Numbered from the stretch's first letter, positions 49,501 to 63,532 are shown. The stretch is DNA of 64,000 nt from Amphiscolops sp. MND2022 (GCA_964187785.1 OZ076409.1:79300001-79364000), one strand, 5' to 3'. Numbers and translations: made by a program. Notes: generated by a model not told the origin, from the letters alone.

Positions 49501-51119
49501 TAATTTGTAACATTTGAGCATTTTCACGCTATAGCATTTATTGTGGCTCTGTAGACTTGTGGTCCACTATGGTAAAATTAATTGCCTGTAGGTTCTCTTG
49601 TAGCCCAATGGACTTCCGGTCCACTATGGTGGATTCCGTTAGGAGGTTGTCATACTACAGGGTTTCAAATATTACATCTTTCAGGCCATGAGGACTTGCC
49701 AACTCGACGTCAGTGGGTTACCAGAGCTCTGCCAAGAACTGACCAACAATTGGGCCAAGGTGATAGGCATTTTATCCAAGTACGCTCCCACCCAAGAAGG
49801 GCAAGGAGTCCGAAAACAGGTGACCCTTAACTTCTAGTTTCTGGCATTTTGTACCTTGTGACCACACTTGTTTTAACTCGTACGTGATTTTAGCCTCAAA
49901 ATCTGGAGTGGTCAATTGTGCACGATGATTTGTTCCTCAGCCGACTGGAATTATTTGAACGAATAATCCGTGACTGTAAGTGGAGGGGTTATTAGTTTAG
50001 AATATTTCCCGGTGTTTATTTGCTTGATTGTTCTATCTTTAAGATACCGGAAGTTTCGTCCTAAACCTGAAGTGCCGACGCGATCGTGGTTTTCATGTGT
50101 ATAAGGAGTTCTGCCAATTCCTCTTCAAACTCGGCCGAAGATGTGTGCGAGCCAACAGTCTTCCTGCAGAGAACGATTACCAAGGAATTCTGGGTTTATC
50201 TTTCCCTGATGCCAAGGCATTGCCCGTTGAAGACTTCATCACCCGTTCAAAACTTAGGACTCGGCTCGATACTTGCTGTAGACGAAAAGCGGAGAAAGAG
50301 ATGGGAGAAGAACGAAACAGGACCCTCAGTCTAGATGAAGTCACTGCTAATAATCGTGAGGAGTTTGGGCGATCAGCTAGAGGGTATGTAGCTCACATAC
50401 TCAAGTCTACCCAAGGACTCACTCGATTTACCTCAGATATTGTGAGAGGCTTGGGTTCCTTTGACTTGGAAATTATGCTGAGAGACCCACTAGAGCAAGC
50501 GACCTATTGTTTCAAGCAGCTATTTACCAGTTTCCGGTTACGTGAGATCTTTCAGCCCGATGAAGATGCTCTTTATTTGGAGGAATATCTCTCCTTTCTT
50601 GATGAGTTGCGGCGGACTCACTCCGATATCCAGCAGCCTAAGTTGTTAATTGCTGATGCCGTGAACTTCATTACTGGACAAGATGCCTTAAAAACTCGAC
50701 GTCATTTGACTCGTATCTTCCGTCTCAGTTGACTCGGTCTTGATGAACCTCGCTTTTCGTTTCCTGCAGTAAAATACGGTTCTGTGAATACTGATGATCC
50801 AACCAGTGCTGTGTTTGATGTAGTGGCTCCTATTCAATCCTATTTTGGTGAAGTTGCGCGAGAGTTGGACACTGTCACTTCAAGCGAATCTATTGCTCGA
50901 CTGATGACTTTAGAAGCGACCTTCGGTACAACAGGCCTCAGCAATACCTACAGTCCTTGGGATGGGTTCGATTACTTTGGGCGAGATCAGCTGAGTGATG
51001 CAATCAATCCTCGTTCTCCAGAACGTCGTACGGTAGTCACTCATGCTCCCGTCGATCAACCTTGTTCCAGTAAATCCTCGAAAGAACCTCACAGCTCCAA
51101 AGGCTCTGATAAAGTTTAA
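46592..51119 (+). pseudogene. E5 antisense accessory gene (homolog of the E1/E2 genes), spliced, with nonsense and frameshift lesions
   Basis: Introns ~48851-48948, 49435-49684, 49820-49893, 49976-50043. Zinc finger FY(W)QICKANISI..ILRHYATEKH. Stops at 46628, 49219 and 50730; 4-bp duplication near 48460. Confidence 0.78.
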
Positions 51120-51299
51120 TTGTACTATGTGTACAATTGTACCATAAACCATTCTGTTCATTTTGAAGAAACTTTTGATATTTGTTTATTTGTATTTCTG
51201 TTGTTAGTGTCTTTATTGTATTTACGGTCTATCAGTCAGTCAGGTCCCAAAAAGATACTACTATTATTCACGTGTGGGGACAGTAATTTATATATCTCA

Positions 51300-54200
51300 C
51301 TAGTATCTGTATTCGTCAGTAAAGTTGGGGGTGGGGTTAGGACGAAGGTTATATTTTCCTCCCCTAGGACTTTTATTGTCTACTAAGACATCATCATTTT
51401 CATCGTCTAATACTTCGGGCACGATAGTATCGCTCCCTCCTGATGATTCAGGATCATCAATTTGTTCATTTAAGCGATCTGAGCAATTATCTTGAGTCAT
51501 ACCAAAATCGTCATTTTCGTGTAGCCCGGGGGACTCAAGGTCCTCGCTGGTGAAATTGTTATCGGGGGCCGTGGCACCCTTTTCATGATGAGGCCCGGTG
51601 GACGTAAGATCCACGTCGGTGAAAATCTTGTCTTGCGTAGCGGTATCATTGTCAAGGGTACTAGAATTGTCTCGGTCATCTTGGCACATGGGAATTGCAT
51701 GTGTATCAGCGGAATTGCGAAATTCTCCAAAATTTGTTTCCCAGGTGATGACATAAATCGTCTAGCGGTATAATAATTTCGTCGTCCGGGTGCAAATTGC
51801 CTTCCGGTCTGATGTCCTGTAAGACGGTGTTCGGTTCATATTTGCGCAGCCTGATTCGGTGTAGGAGTTGCGTTTTCTTGGAATTTAGTTTTCTAACTAT
51901 GTAATTTTCATTTGGCAAAACTTTTTCCACAATATAAGGTCCGGTCCATCGATATTCACGGAATGGAATTTTCGATCCTTGGTGGTCAGCAAAAGGTTGT
52001 AGTATAAAACAATAGTCATTCTGTTTCAAAGGAGCCGCTTTGGCCTTCCGGTCATAGTATTCTTTGTACTTCAAATATGACTGCATGATGTTTTTCTTCG
52101 TGGAATCTAGTAATATTTGCGTGCGTCGCTGAAATTCTTCTGCAAAATCCGTAGTCGGTAGGACTTTAGGGTTAGGATTAAGGCCCAATTTGTGATCCAA
52201 TATGTTATATGGGATCCGTCCGTGGAAAATTTTAGATGGTTCACATCCCAGGGTGGCATGATAAGTCGTATTGTAGTTCAATACGGCTAGCGGCAGATAT
52301 TGATGCCACTGTCGCCTGTAGTCCCCTGAGGCCATTTTAAGGTTCGTTTTGAGACTAGCGTGTGTTCGTTCTAATTTACCGATCGTCTGTGGGTGTTTTG
52401 TAGTTGCGCATTTTATTTGGGTTCCTAAGATTTGAGCAATTTCAGCCACCAGCTTGGACGTGAAGGCCGTACCTTTGTCAGTAATCAGGGTAGTAGGCAG
52501 ATAAGTGTGTTTAGTCATTATGTCTATGATGACTTTTGCCGTATTTGTGGCCGAAGCGTCCGTGACTGGATATGCAAAAAGATATCTTGAAAACACGTCC
52601 AGTGCGGTGATGATATTTTCGTATCCGCCACTTGGTGGTAAATTTGGTAACATATCAATTTGCATTGCATCCTCTGGTCCAAGGTCCCATTCAGGCGAAT
52701 TAAGGAGTTCAGGGGTGATTTGGAATCCTTTTGTCCTTGATACAAGTTTCACATCCCTGAACCCATTTTTTGACAATTTTCGCAATTCCAGGGTAGTAAT
52801 ATTTTTGTCGAATTTCAATAAGCATTTTTGATATTCCTGGGTGTTTATTTGCTTTCCCGTATAAAGATTCAAGTAGTTCTGTAATTAAATGTTTTGGTAA
52901 GAGTACTTGATTGTATTTAACAGAGCCTGTTTCATCAAAATACTGCCTAGTGATAATTTCATTCATGACGGACAGACAGTCCATTTGGCGACAGTAATGT
53001 TGGTATCGATTGTCTTGCATTAATATGGTCTCGGAGTAGTTTTCTTTCAGAATTTTAAGGCGCAATTGGTGTAAGATGACATCGTTGTTCTGTTCGATTG
53101 CTATAGTGTTTGTATAAGATAATTTTTGAATTGTTGTTAGTTTGTGATAATCGCTTTTGTGTGTAGTGAATTTTTCGAATGAGATATCTGGTAGTTGATT
53201 TGCTGGATCGTGTCTTGCGTCCCTTTTACGTTGTAGAATTTGTTCTACCGACTCGTCATCCTCCGTGTAGAAAATTTGTTCTTCTTCCGGCACTCACGCC
53301 GATTGGACATGTAGTTCAATCGGTGTTGTTGGGATATCTTCTCTTATCCTGAGGATCAATTTTTCTCTTGGAGAGATTTCAAGCCGGGACAGATAGTCTG
53401 CGGCGGTGTTGTTTTTGCCTGGTATATGGGCAATTGTGAAATTAAACTGAATAACATAGTCACATGCGCTCCATAGTGTTGGTGGAATGATTTTTGTCTG
53501 CAAAAATCGTGTGACTGATTTGTTGTCCGAAGGTATTATCACCGGTTTTGGGGTTCCCCAAAATATATGTCCAAATTCCTTGAAGGCAAAGAAAATGGCC
53601 AGGAATTCCTTTGCATAGATGGACATTTTCAATTGGGTAGGACTAAAGGTCTTGGATCCATAAGCTACTGGTGCAAAGGCTTTCCTCGTAGATGTATATT
53701 TCTCGAGGGGATCGTCTTCGATGAGAACTGCGTACCCTGCGGCCGAAAAGCTAGCGTCGGTCATAAGGGCTATTTGCTTGTTCGGTAGGGGTTGTTTGAG
53801 TGCCAGTTCACAACATCGATCAAGAGCCTTATTTATTTCGGTGAATTTCTCCAGGAGGTCCGGTGTGACCAGGACCTTTTCATCTTTCGTAAGCAATTTG
53901 AAAAACGGTGTTAGTTTTTCTGATAGCCTTGGGATGTAATTCCTGTAATATTTCAGGAACCCCAAGTAACGCTGTAGTGCTTTCTTGGATTTTGGAAATT
54001 TCGTATTTTCCAGAAAAGTTTGGACCCGTGGTCGTTGCGGCTTCACTCCCGCCGGAGTGATAGTGCGACCCAGGAAATCATTTTCGGTTGCCCCAAAGTG
54101 ACATTTATGCATTGTAAGTTTCAGTCCGGCTTTTTGGATGCATTGGAATGTGGCCCTAAGGTTTTTGGTAAGTTGGTCGGCATCATTAGCTGCTATTCCG

Positions 54201-56385
54201 ATATCATCAACATATTGGGCACATTGGTCGGCTTTGATGACTTTGTCCAAATATTCGCGCATGAAGCTAGAAAAGGCCGATAGGGCTCTGCTAAGTCCTT
54301 GTGCTAGCCTTTTGTACGCAAAGGTTCTGCTGGCGAAGTTGAAGGCAAGCATTTCGATAGACCTTTGGTCAGCCATTTGTAGACAGTGGTAGGCTTGCGA
54401 GCAATCCAGTTTACAGAATAGCTTCTTTCCAGCCATATGTTGGGCTGCATCAGTAAGTGTACTCACTGGATGATTGTTGTTAATATAGTCATCCGAGATC
54501 AGGTTGTTAATTTTGCGTAAATCGACTAGAAGTCTCAATTTGCCATTGGGCTTCTTTTGTGCGAAAATGGGACTGGCGTATTTGGAGAATGGTAGAGTTG
54601 TAATTATCCCATAGCGGTGTAGTAGGGCCAATTCCACAAGGATGTCCTCCTTGAGATTGATTGAAGTTGGCAAACTCTGACTATAGGCCGGGGAGTCATC
54701 TTTCGGGGTTAATTTGACCTTGAAGTCTTCGTTCATGCCTATGTCGAAGCGATGCTAGCAAAGACATCATGAAATTCAACAAGCAGGTCCTCTATGCGGG
54801 CTATTTCAGCGGGTTGGAGCATAGAGTCAGTCCAATCAAAGTTGGATAAGAATTGACTTCTCGACTCAGGGTCGTCCTGAGGATTAAGTTTTTCTAGTTC
54901 CTGAAGATTGACGAGTTCTGATAAAATCCTTTTCTGAATAGGCGTATGATTCTGAGTATCTCCAGGGTTTTCTGGTGTTGGAAACCAATAGTTTTCCTTG
55001 AAGTCCTCAGGTTTGGTGGATTTGATCAAGCTACTTGCATAGTAAGCAGCGTTTTCAGGGTTGTCCTGTAACAGGTGCCATGTGGTTACCGGGTCGATAG
55101 GTTTGACATATTTCATTTGTTCTGGCGTGAGAACAGTGAAATTAGCAACTTGTGTGCCCCTTTTGAGGGTGTAAGGGCTGTCCGTAAAATTGTTCAAATG
55201 AACTGAAACTTGACCATTGGTCAATGTGACTAGAGCGGCACAGAAAGCAATATCGCCATCTTCCGTAATGTTGTGGCTCGGTTGAAGGATCCCAGTAACT
55301 GTAGTGTTCTCGTACAGTTGTGTCGCCAGAAGGACCGAGTGTCGGTCATTAGGTGGGATGATTACATCCTCCCTAATGGAAATGGGTTCCATGACGTTTG
55401 TGTATTTGTGATCGGCAGTTTTTAACTGCATTGAAAAGAATGGGAAATTCAGGACACCTTGTCGCATGTCCAGAATGGTGTTGTTCCTTTGAAGGAACGA
55501 AAGACCAATCAACGGACTGGTGAGTTTTTCCATGACTATGAATATTTCGTGAAATTCAATATCGCCGACTTCAAACTTCAGTTCGACGGTGCTCTTTGGA
55601 GTCTCCAGCTGTCCATTAGCAACCATAATTTGGAAGCCAGGAGCCGGGCCCTCTTTGACAATCGACTGAGGGGCAAGTAATCGGATTTTACGTAGATCAG
55701 CTTCTGGGATTGCGCTAGATAGGGCTCCCGTGTCTACAAGGCCGTTAAATGTTAGTTCGCCAAAATCCATCGGAAAATAGAGCATTCGTCTCTTGTACTT
55801 GAGGCCAAGATTAGTTGTCAGCGGTACATAGTCTGGTTCACCTGTTCCTGTGATTAGGGTGTTCACAAAACGGGCAGCAACTGTTGTGGCCAGTGAGACC
55901 TGTGGTCCCGCACGGTGAAATTCATCGTCGGGCTCAGCCTGCGTGACTTGAGATCTCTGTGGTGTGTCATGTTGCCATAGATCGACCTTGGTTTTCACAA
56001 GAACCATATTCAAGGCTTGGTCAATGTCATTAGAATCTGGTTCTCTGATGTGATTTGGTTGGTTGAAATTACGGTAGAAGTATAGATGATGTTGATTGTA
56101 GCAATTAGCGTCCCAATAGGGATCAAAACCATAGTCCGGGTGCGGGTAATATGGGTTATAGTCATCAACAAGAGGTATAAGACGTATAGTCGAAGTATCA
56201 TTTTGTAGTCTGTTGGACATAGGGTCCGGAGAGGTAGGTGGAGTCTTCATCTGCTGCTGCCAGTCAGCTGATGATGTTTCTTTAAGAGAGTTATAATATT
56301 CAGTGTAATATATGTTTGAAGGGTCTGATATTATGTATTGTCGGACACGAAGTTTTGTATTAAATTGGAGTCGTGGCAAATCTAG
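51300..56385 (-). pseudogene. pol: E5 pol, disrupted
   Basis: LVDTGA, AQYVDD, MTDAS, integrase IDML/TDKGT/ERTH, WTGPY; stop at 53294 and several frameshifts. Confidence 0.93.
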
Positions 56386-58147
56386 TTTTTTGGGTTTTTC
56401 AGGATAGAGGTTGTTTGTTTGTTTTGGGCATCATTATTACTAGTGGACGGGTCGTCGGTTTTGAAGTCCTCTAGTTTGAGGTTTTTGGGCTTGAGGTGGG
56501 CTCCAGCGCCTTTCCAACATCTTTCGGCCGGGTGGTTCGTTTTGTCGCAAGTTGGACATTTTGGATATTCTTTCTTGGTATCCTGACCGTCATTGCGTCG
56601 TTGTTCCTCCTTTCTTTTGAGTTTTTGGCAGTCGTCTTTGACATGTCCCGGTTTCTTGCAATATTTGCAGATAATGTTGGAGTCGATGCCAGAAAAAAGA
56701 AGGCCAGTTCCCGGTCGTGTTGCTGTAGGGGCAGTGGACATTGTGGGTACTGGAATGTCGTCCCCCTCCTCGAGTCCATTGAGCTCTAGCTCTCGTTCTA
56801 AATGGGTGACAATTTCCTCATAAGTAGCGTTTTCAAGTCTAGCCATGTTGACTGAACGTTTCAATTTCGGCGGCAATTTGGCATATAGGAGGCTGTCAAT
56901 CATTGCCTGAGCATTCTCGCCAAACGCCTTTTCGGCTCCTTGGTTGAGTTCTTCAAGGAAGTCTGGCAATTTCATGGTATTTGGGTCAAACACCAATCTG
57001 TGCCATTTGTGTTTGGCGGTCGCCTGGGACTCTGGTTTGACATATTTTCGACGAAATACTGCCAGGATTTCCTCCAAGGTTTGCCTGTTTGCCGTATTGA
57101 TGTTACGGAAAGTTTGTAGGGCTTTCTTTCGTAACAATGAATGAAAATGATTGATTTTCATTGTTTCAGTCATATCCGGCTGCATTTTAATCATTGTGTG
57201 AAAGAGATCTTCGAAAAGTTCAAATTTCTCAGATTCACCGTCAAAGTCAGTGTGGTGGAACTGACAGGTCGTACCATTAGCGTTTGTGCTGATGGACGAT
57301 TGTTCATGCCAACCAATACTTCAGCTAGACGGTTAATGGGGTCAGAACCGGTAGTAGGTGCTGTAGTCTCAGAGACCTGGGGGATTGTATCCTGAGACTC
57401 GTTATTGTTGGAATGTTGACTTTGCAGGGGTTCACGGGATTGCATGGGACGTCCAGTGAGGAACTCAGGAACCATATGTGGGGTAGGGTTGGCTCCTGTC
57501 ACCATGTCGCGATTTTGTTCGCTGTTATATGAGTCTGTTGAACTTTCTCTAGACCTCAGTCTAGTATTTTCCTGTGTAAAGCAAGTTCTGGGACGATTTT
57601 CCCACGATTTCTGAGCATTTCCAACTTCGGCGTTCCGTTGTAGCCCACTGGACCTTCGGTCCCTTACGGTGAAATCGGTCGGCCGTGGGTTCAGATGTGG
57701 CCCGTTGGACCCTCGGTCCACCATTGTGAAATCAAGTCTCCCCTGCGTTTCCAGCGTATTTTGAATAGCCGGAAGCACTGTATTTGTTATTGCAGCTGTG
57801 ATAGCTTCCTGGACTTGAGAACTCAAGCTAGTTTTGACCTCATTGAGTTTTCTAGACATTTGATTTGAAATTTCCTCATTAATCAACCTAGTGGTCTCAA
57901 TTGTGATTTCGCTGTTTTCCCTACTATTGGTATTAAGTAAAGATCTGAAATCTTCTCCTATAACGTTTGAACTTTGTTGTGGTCTACTAGACCCTGAATC
58001 CAAATTCCCTTCGTTTTCGCTAATGTTATTCTCTTCATCACATCTAGAGTAACTTCCAAGCATTATATCTACATTTTCTACATCAGACATTATGTCCAAT
58101 TGCCTAGAGCGTCTCTCTTTGGCTTTCTGTCTCCTTGTTGATGGCAT
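56382..58147 (-). pseudogene. gag: E5 gag (ATG 58147 inside the LTR; 1-bp deletion near 57243)
   Basis: MPSTRRQKAK start; CKYCKKPGHVKDDC and CPTCDKTNHPAERC knuckles; AAAAAAC at 56385-56391 before TAG. Confidence 0.9.
57493..57504 (-). other. E5 primer-binding site TGGTGACAGGAG
   Basis: Directly after the LTR end ...ATCGCGACA. Confidence 0.9.
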
Positions 58148-59156
58148 TGAACAAACATTGGAGATTAATAATGAATTGACAAACGGTCTATTATTCCAAT
58201 AAGTCTTGCAACGTAACAAATTGAATCAGCAGTGTATATAGTTGATAGTTTCATGAAATCAGAAAGAATCATCCCGGGGACTACGGGTCCCCGCTATATA
58301 TACTTCACACTGCATGACCCGCAAAATTATGCTGGTCATGTTACTAAAAATAGCTCCCGGGTTATATTTTGATACATGACGTCAATATTACTACAGCAAA
58401 TTGCAGCTAAATATAGCATCAGGGTAAAATGGAGGGATTGACCAATGGTCTGTAAGTGTGATATTAGTTCTAAAATAAGCACATTTTGCTTTAAATAGTT
58501 ACATGTTTACTTTAATATTTCATGTCTGACAAGTATCATGACAAACAAATCATCCATTATTACTGTACTAATAGACTTAAGGTCCGAGTAACTACATCAG
58601 TTTATTTAAATTGCAGCTCTAAATAGTAGTAACCGTCGCGGACTGACAGTACGCGCTGCTACAGTAAACATAATAGCATCGACTAATTGGCAGCTAATAA
58701 CACCACGGTAGACCTTCGGTCCACGTGGCTACAGCAATAATAATGATAAGAATGTACAGCCCTCTGATTGGTTTATTTAAATAAGGCCGGTACGTACGCT
58801 GGACGTCAACAAGCGTTCATTTGAACACGTTTCCTAGTATTCAGCAAGCATTGTACGCATTATTTTACATTCAATTGACTATATTACAAATTCATTTAAT
58901 CAATCAAACAGGCACAGGACTCATCAATTAAGTATATTCCCGTAAGGTAAAAATGAAAACTAAGATGTAGCCGTGTGGACCACAGGTCCGCCACGGTAAA
59001 AATATAAAATAGCACTATTGGGATAAGATTAAACATAGTTTTGAATTGTTTTACCGTAAGTCTTTCAAATTGGCAATACTCCGGGTGGGGGGTTGGATTC
59101 TACATATTCTTGGGGAATTTGATAATAATTCCCGTCACAGGCGGCAGCCTGCGACA
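57505..59156 (-). repeat. E5 5' LTR (1652 bp)
   Basis: TGTCGC...GCGACA termini; flanked by TSD AGTAG. Confidence 0.95.
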
Positions 59157-59367
59157 AGTAGCAATACTACTGTTGTAGCGTCAGTCAAAATCGTAATTGC
59201 ATATGAAACAATCTATTCTATCAAACGTAACAGCAGCAGCTGAGTATAAATAGAGATATTAATGCAGTTTGGCTTTTAAAGTTTGTTGGTAAACAACTTT
59301 CTATCTGTCTGTTGTTCTATTGCCGGTGACCTCTGACTCATATGACAACTACAATTTTTGTATTTAG

Positions 59368-59690
59368 TGGTGTACTCTTCGATTTCCAACCGGTTCTCGC
59401 AACCGTTTTGGGACCCACTGTTCCGACCGGTTCGGTTCTACAAACAGAGGAAAGCGGCCATGGATGCAGCCAGACTGGCATCTGTGCGGACCAGTGTCAT
59501 CAGCGCCGGCGTCGCTTCTGCAAGTGGTGCAACCCTGCAGCCGGCTGTATCTCAATCACAGCTATCCTCCCAAGGAGACCAACTCGAACAGGAGAACGAT
59601 GAAGATGCCCCGTCTTGCGTGTCCATGTCCAACGAAGATGGAAGTTCCAGCATCCAGAGGAGAGCCAACGTTGAAATGTTTGTCTATTAG
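59368..59690 (+). CDS. Probable terminal exon of a host gene, possibly a class A GPCR C-terminus
   Basis: GC-richer island after acceptor tgtatttag|; reads xVYSSISNRFSQPF... to TAG, resembling the end of TM7 (NPxxY) and helix 8 followed by a Ser-rich tail. Confidence 0.4.
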
Positions 59691-60982
59691 CTTTCATTTC
59701 ACTCTAAAACCATTTAAAAGCCCTTTGCATTTTACAGTTTGGTCAAACAAAAAAGTTGGAGCTCTTCTGCGCATTAGGGTACGGAGAAAACTAATTTCGT
59801 TGGCTATAAACGTCAAAGTATTCGGTACAAAAAATTTTCAAGTTAGGTAGATTTTTGACCAGAATTAAAATGGTACATAATGTTTGTTTAAAAATAGGAC
59901 TCTGCATAAATTTGAGTAATTTTTGAGCACTCATGGTGATTTTCGATAGTTAGAGATCGTTGAAGGGTTATGAAGGTTGAACGAAATTACAATCGTTTAC
60001 TCTTGTTTTTAACCAGAACCATTTTTCTGAAAACTTCCGTTCACAGTGAACATGGCTAAAATGTACTTTAAGAATGAAAGTATGGTCGACCTACATTTAG
60101 TGAAAACTTACAAACGAAAGGTTCCATTGTTAATTTGTTTCAAAAAACAACGCTCACTGAATGTTTTGGCCAACGAAACAAGCTATTTCAGCTTTGCAGA
60201 ACCCTAGTTTATGTCTGAATTAGCTTCGAGCTTTCTTGTACAAATTAAATTTTTGAACAGCATAAGTAGACTACTTCAAGAAAATTTTGATACAGTTCCA
60301 CAAAGCCGAAAAACGCGTCCTCTTATTTTCATCAGCCGTTTATACATCTGAAATCCTTACTAAATCTGGGAGTATGGAAGGAAAAATAGTCACTGTAATC
60401 GTCACTGTAACTCTTATACATAGCTTCTAAATCATAGTTATCATAGTTTTAGAACTTCAATCACAGTTGAAGTTTTTTTAAACAATTGTAAATGTGAAAG
60501 TTTTTTTCGTTCAAAAAGGTATATAGAAACTCTTTTAAAAAAGCGCTCGCATTTACAAGCAGTTGAGATTTTTGCGCTAGTTTTGAAACATTTTGAATTG
60601 TTTTTTTCATACGATTAGTTTCTTAATCATAGTTTAAGAACTTTAATCATAGTTTAGGTTCTTTCATTATTCAAAGTTTTTTTCATAAGATTCGAGCATA
60701 ATTTTGTGAAAGAACTGAAACCATTATCTAAAGGATTTATTTTCTCTTCCCAAACATTGTATTGAACTCACGTAGTTACAAAATATCAAATGGCAGTGAT
60801 ATAACGGAAGAATTTTAGCTTCACAACAAAACATATTGAATATCAAAGTTTGTCACTATAGTTAGAATTTTTTTCTTGGAAAATGCATGTTTGTCCAACT
60901 TAATGTCTAACTTGGCATACTTTTTTTCATTGGAAAAATAGTACAATTTTCAAATCTCTACAATGTCAATCAGTTTGAGTCA

Positions 60983-61171
60983 ACTGCTGATCAAAAAGTT
61001 TTTAAAACTTGGAAATATCTTGCAAGACTGTCGAGGTTTACAATGAAAACTCCACACAATGACCTAAACTGTAGATTTTATTAGGATGAATAAAAAGTGT
61101 CGTAAATCGATATTTTCGAGAAAAGCAAACTTGCCAATTGCGCTGTTTGTTTTCTGAAAATTTGCCATGTT
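60983..61171 (+). repeat. Direct repeat, second copy at 63812-64000 (runs off the window)
   Basis: ACTGCTGATCAAAAAG...TTGCCATGTT is near-identical in both places. Confidence 0.9.
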
Positions 61172-63532
61172 CCAAAGTTATACCTTAATAATAGAAATTC
61201 TTCCGCCGAAGTTAACTAATAAAAACTTGGTTTAGTGGAATATTCATTAGTGGAGTGTTTCCGAAATTTTTTGAAAATGACTAAAATAACCCAAAAAGTC
61301 AAAAGCTCAAACCTCTTTCAAATTTTGACCTTTTCTGTGTAATTTTGTCCAGTTTTCGATTTCTTTCGTGGATTACAAAATACACAGAGTTAAACGGCGA
61401 AAACAACTGACAATCAAGTATAACTCTTTGAAAAGAAATCTAGTTTTGTGTGAAACAAGATATCAAACTGACCGCAAAAAAATAATCGAAAACTCCTAAA
61501 ATTTGACAATTTTCTCGCAAGTTTTGTACAGTTTTTGAACGCTTCCGTCATGAAGTATTCAAACAATTCACCAAAGAATTAGTTTTTCTGGAAATTACAT
61601 CGGGACACCTTTGAGTGTCTGCGCTGTCGTCCGTTGAAGCTGTTGTTATTTTCCAACCCACATTTTCAATGGGGGAGGAAAATCATCATCTGTGTTGCGT
61701 TTTTTTCCAAATTCTGCCAGAACTCCACTTTGTACTACATACTCCACTTACTCAGTTCCTTCAAGGCTGAGTAGGGAGGCTGAGTAAGTTACTCAGCCTC
61801 CCTACTCAGTCTCCCTACTGAGAGGAGGGAATAATATCTCAAGTAAAAAAAGGAAAAAGATCTAAGGGGAAGAAGATCTAAAATTTCAGGACGGGAATAA
61901 GATCTAAAGGGAATAAAATCTAAAATCACTATCTTTTAGATCTTATTCTCTAGATTCTATTCCCCCTCCCAAAATAGCAATGGCTCAGTTGGTGAAGGCG
62001 AGAAGGGAGGAAAATATCCCGGTGCTTAGCGGGCGTCTTGTTTTATATTGGTTCATAGACAAAAAGGACAGGAACTTCTGTTTTCGCACCTTCTCCTAAG
62101 TGAAACGCAATATAGTTCAGCTATAACGTTAAAAATTTGGTAATAGCGCTTTACTCCGGATATTATGTCAAAATTTCGGTTAGTACTGAAAAAATTAATT
62201 TGTGTGTATATATTGAGAAAACTTAATTTCAGACGAAAAACTAGACGTCTGAAAAAGTCTCATAGTGCCGACAAACATAAAAGGCGAAACCCTTTGTGCT
62301 TTTTCAAACTCCTGTTTGTTGAAAAATATCAAAACAATTTGAAGGGGGACCCTTCGGCGACACAATAAATTTTCAAAGAAAATCACAGAGTGCCGAAAAA
62401 AAATGGCATGGTGACTCTTTAATCTCTTCCGGTTTTGCAAATGCACGAATAAAATTCTGGCTGAAAGAAGGACTCGAACCCGCTACCGCGGGTGCCCCTA
62501 AACCGAATAAAGTTTGTACAAAAAAGTGGTACATGCAGGGTGAGCGCTGTGTTCTGACGAAAAACACTAGCAGCTGTAAAACTGTAATCTTTTTAAAGAA
62601 AAGCGCCGACTAAAACAGTACAGTGACATTCAAAGAGACTTTGAAAAATCAAAATTTTTGTACGTTGCGTTCTTTGGTTCCACGTTTTGTTCCTTAAATT
62701 TGACGACATTTGTCAACATTATGTAACAACAAGCTGCCGCCAACATGCCGTTGTGATCGTGGAGAACCCTTGTTGAACTTGCTTGAACTTTTTATATGTT
62801 CTTTAAAGTTGCCAGCAACTTTTTCAATGATTTTCTTAGTCTCTTACGGAAACTTTAATGCGTTATTGTTTCCCTGTTGTCGTCAGCTTTTATCAAGCTG
62901 CTTGAAAGAATCATCAAGGTTTTGGCGGCAATTTCAAGTCGTAAAGTTCTGCAAATTTTATAATGCCTCAGTTCTAATTTTAAATGCAGCTGAGACAATA
63001 ATAATTTTGCCATTTCAATGGAAATTAACCTCAATCACAATGTAAACAACAAAATAGCGTCAACTTCAGCGTCCTGTTTGAGAAGCGGTGATTAAATCGG
63101 ATGAGTATTTGGGAAATTAATGAGTGAATACAACGTGATCGTGTCCGTAAAGAGGAGGAAAATATTTTCAAATTTAATTGCAGTAGTGGAGATTGCAGTG
63201 TAATTCTACAAGATTTACAAACGGATGCATACTAAATTTTCTAGGTTTTATAAATAAAAATGCCTTGCATGCAGGCCTGCAGCATGTAGAAAGTTCAAGC
63301 AGTCTCAACTATGGAAGTCTAAAGCGATGGTGTTTTAATACACGGGACGGGCTCCTGTCTGCCAGTAGGTCCGTTTTGCTTCCCAATAGGTACTGTCCCG
63401 TGGAAACGGGGGTCCCGTTTCTTTGGATATCCTGCGGCCTGTCCTGTTACTGTTAAAGTCTGTTATTGGTTAAGACGACGGGCATTTTGCCTCTCCAGAA
63501 ATACAGTTCCGATAGCTTCTAAAAATACCAAG

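Larger units (their letters stand above)
42796..59156 (-). mobile_element. E5: ~16.4-kb Ty3/gypsy element with two accessory genes and an aberrant extended 3' end
   Basis: LTRs 57505-59156 and 43199-44849 (TGTCGC...GCGACA); TSD AGTAG at 42791-42795 and 59157-59161; gag-pol on the minus strand. Confidence 0.94.

Noticed and set aside
46592..51119. Independent hAT transposon nested in the retroelement
   Set aside because: No TIRs or 8-bp TSD seen; the same position and orientation in three divergent families, with catalytic motifs absent in all, argues for inherited cargo.
61740..62500. TACTCAG and AAGATCTAA micro-repeats with isolated Pol III box-like motifs (61981, ~62470)
   Set aside because: Probably fragments of small MITEs or SINEs, but the boundaries cannot be defined from this window.
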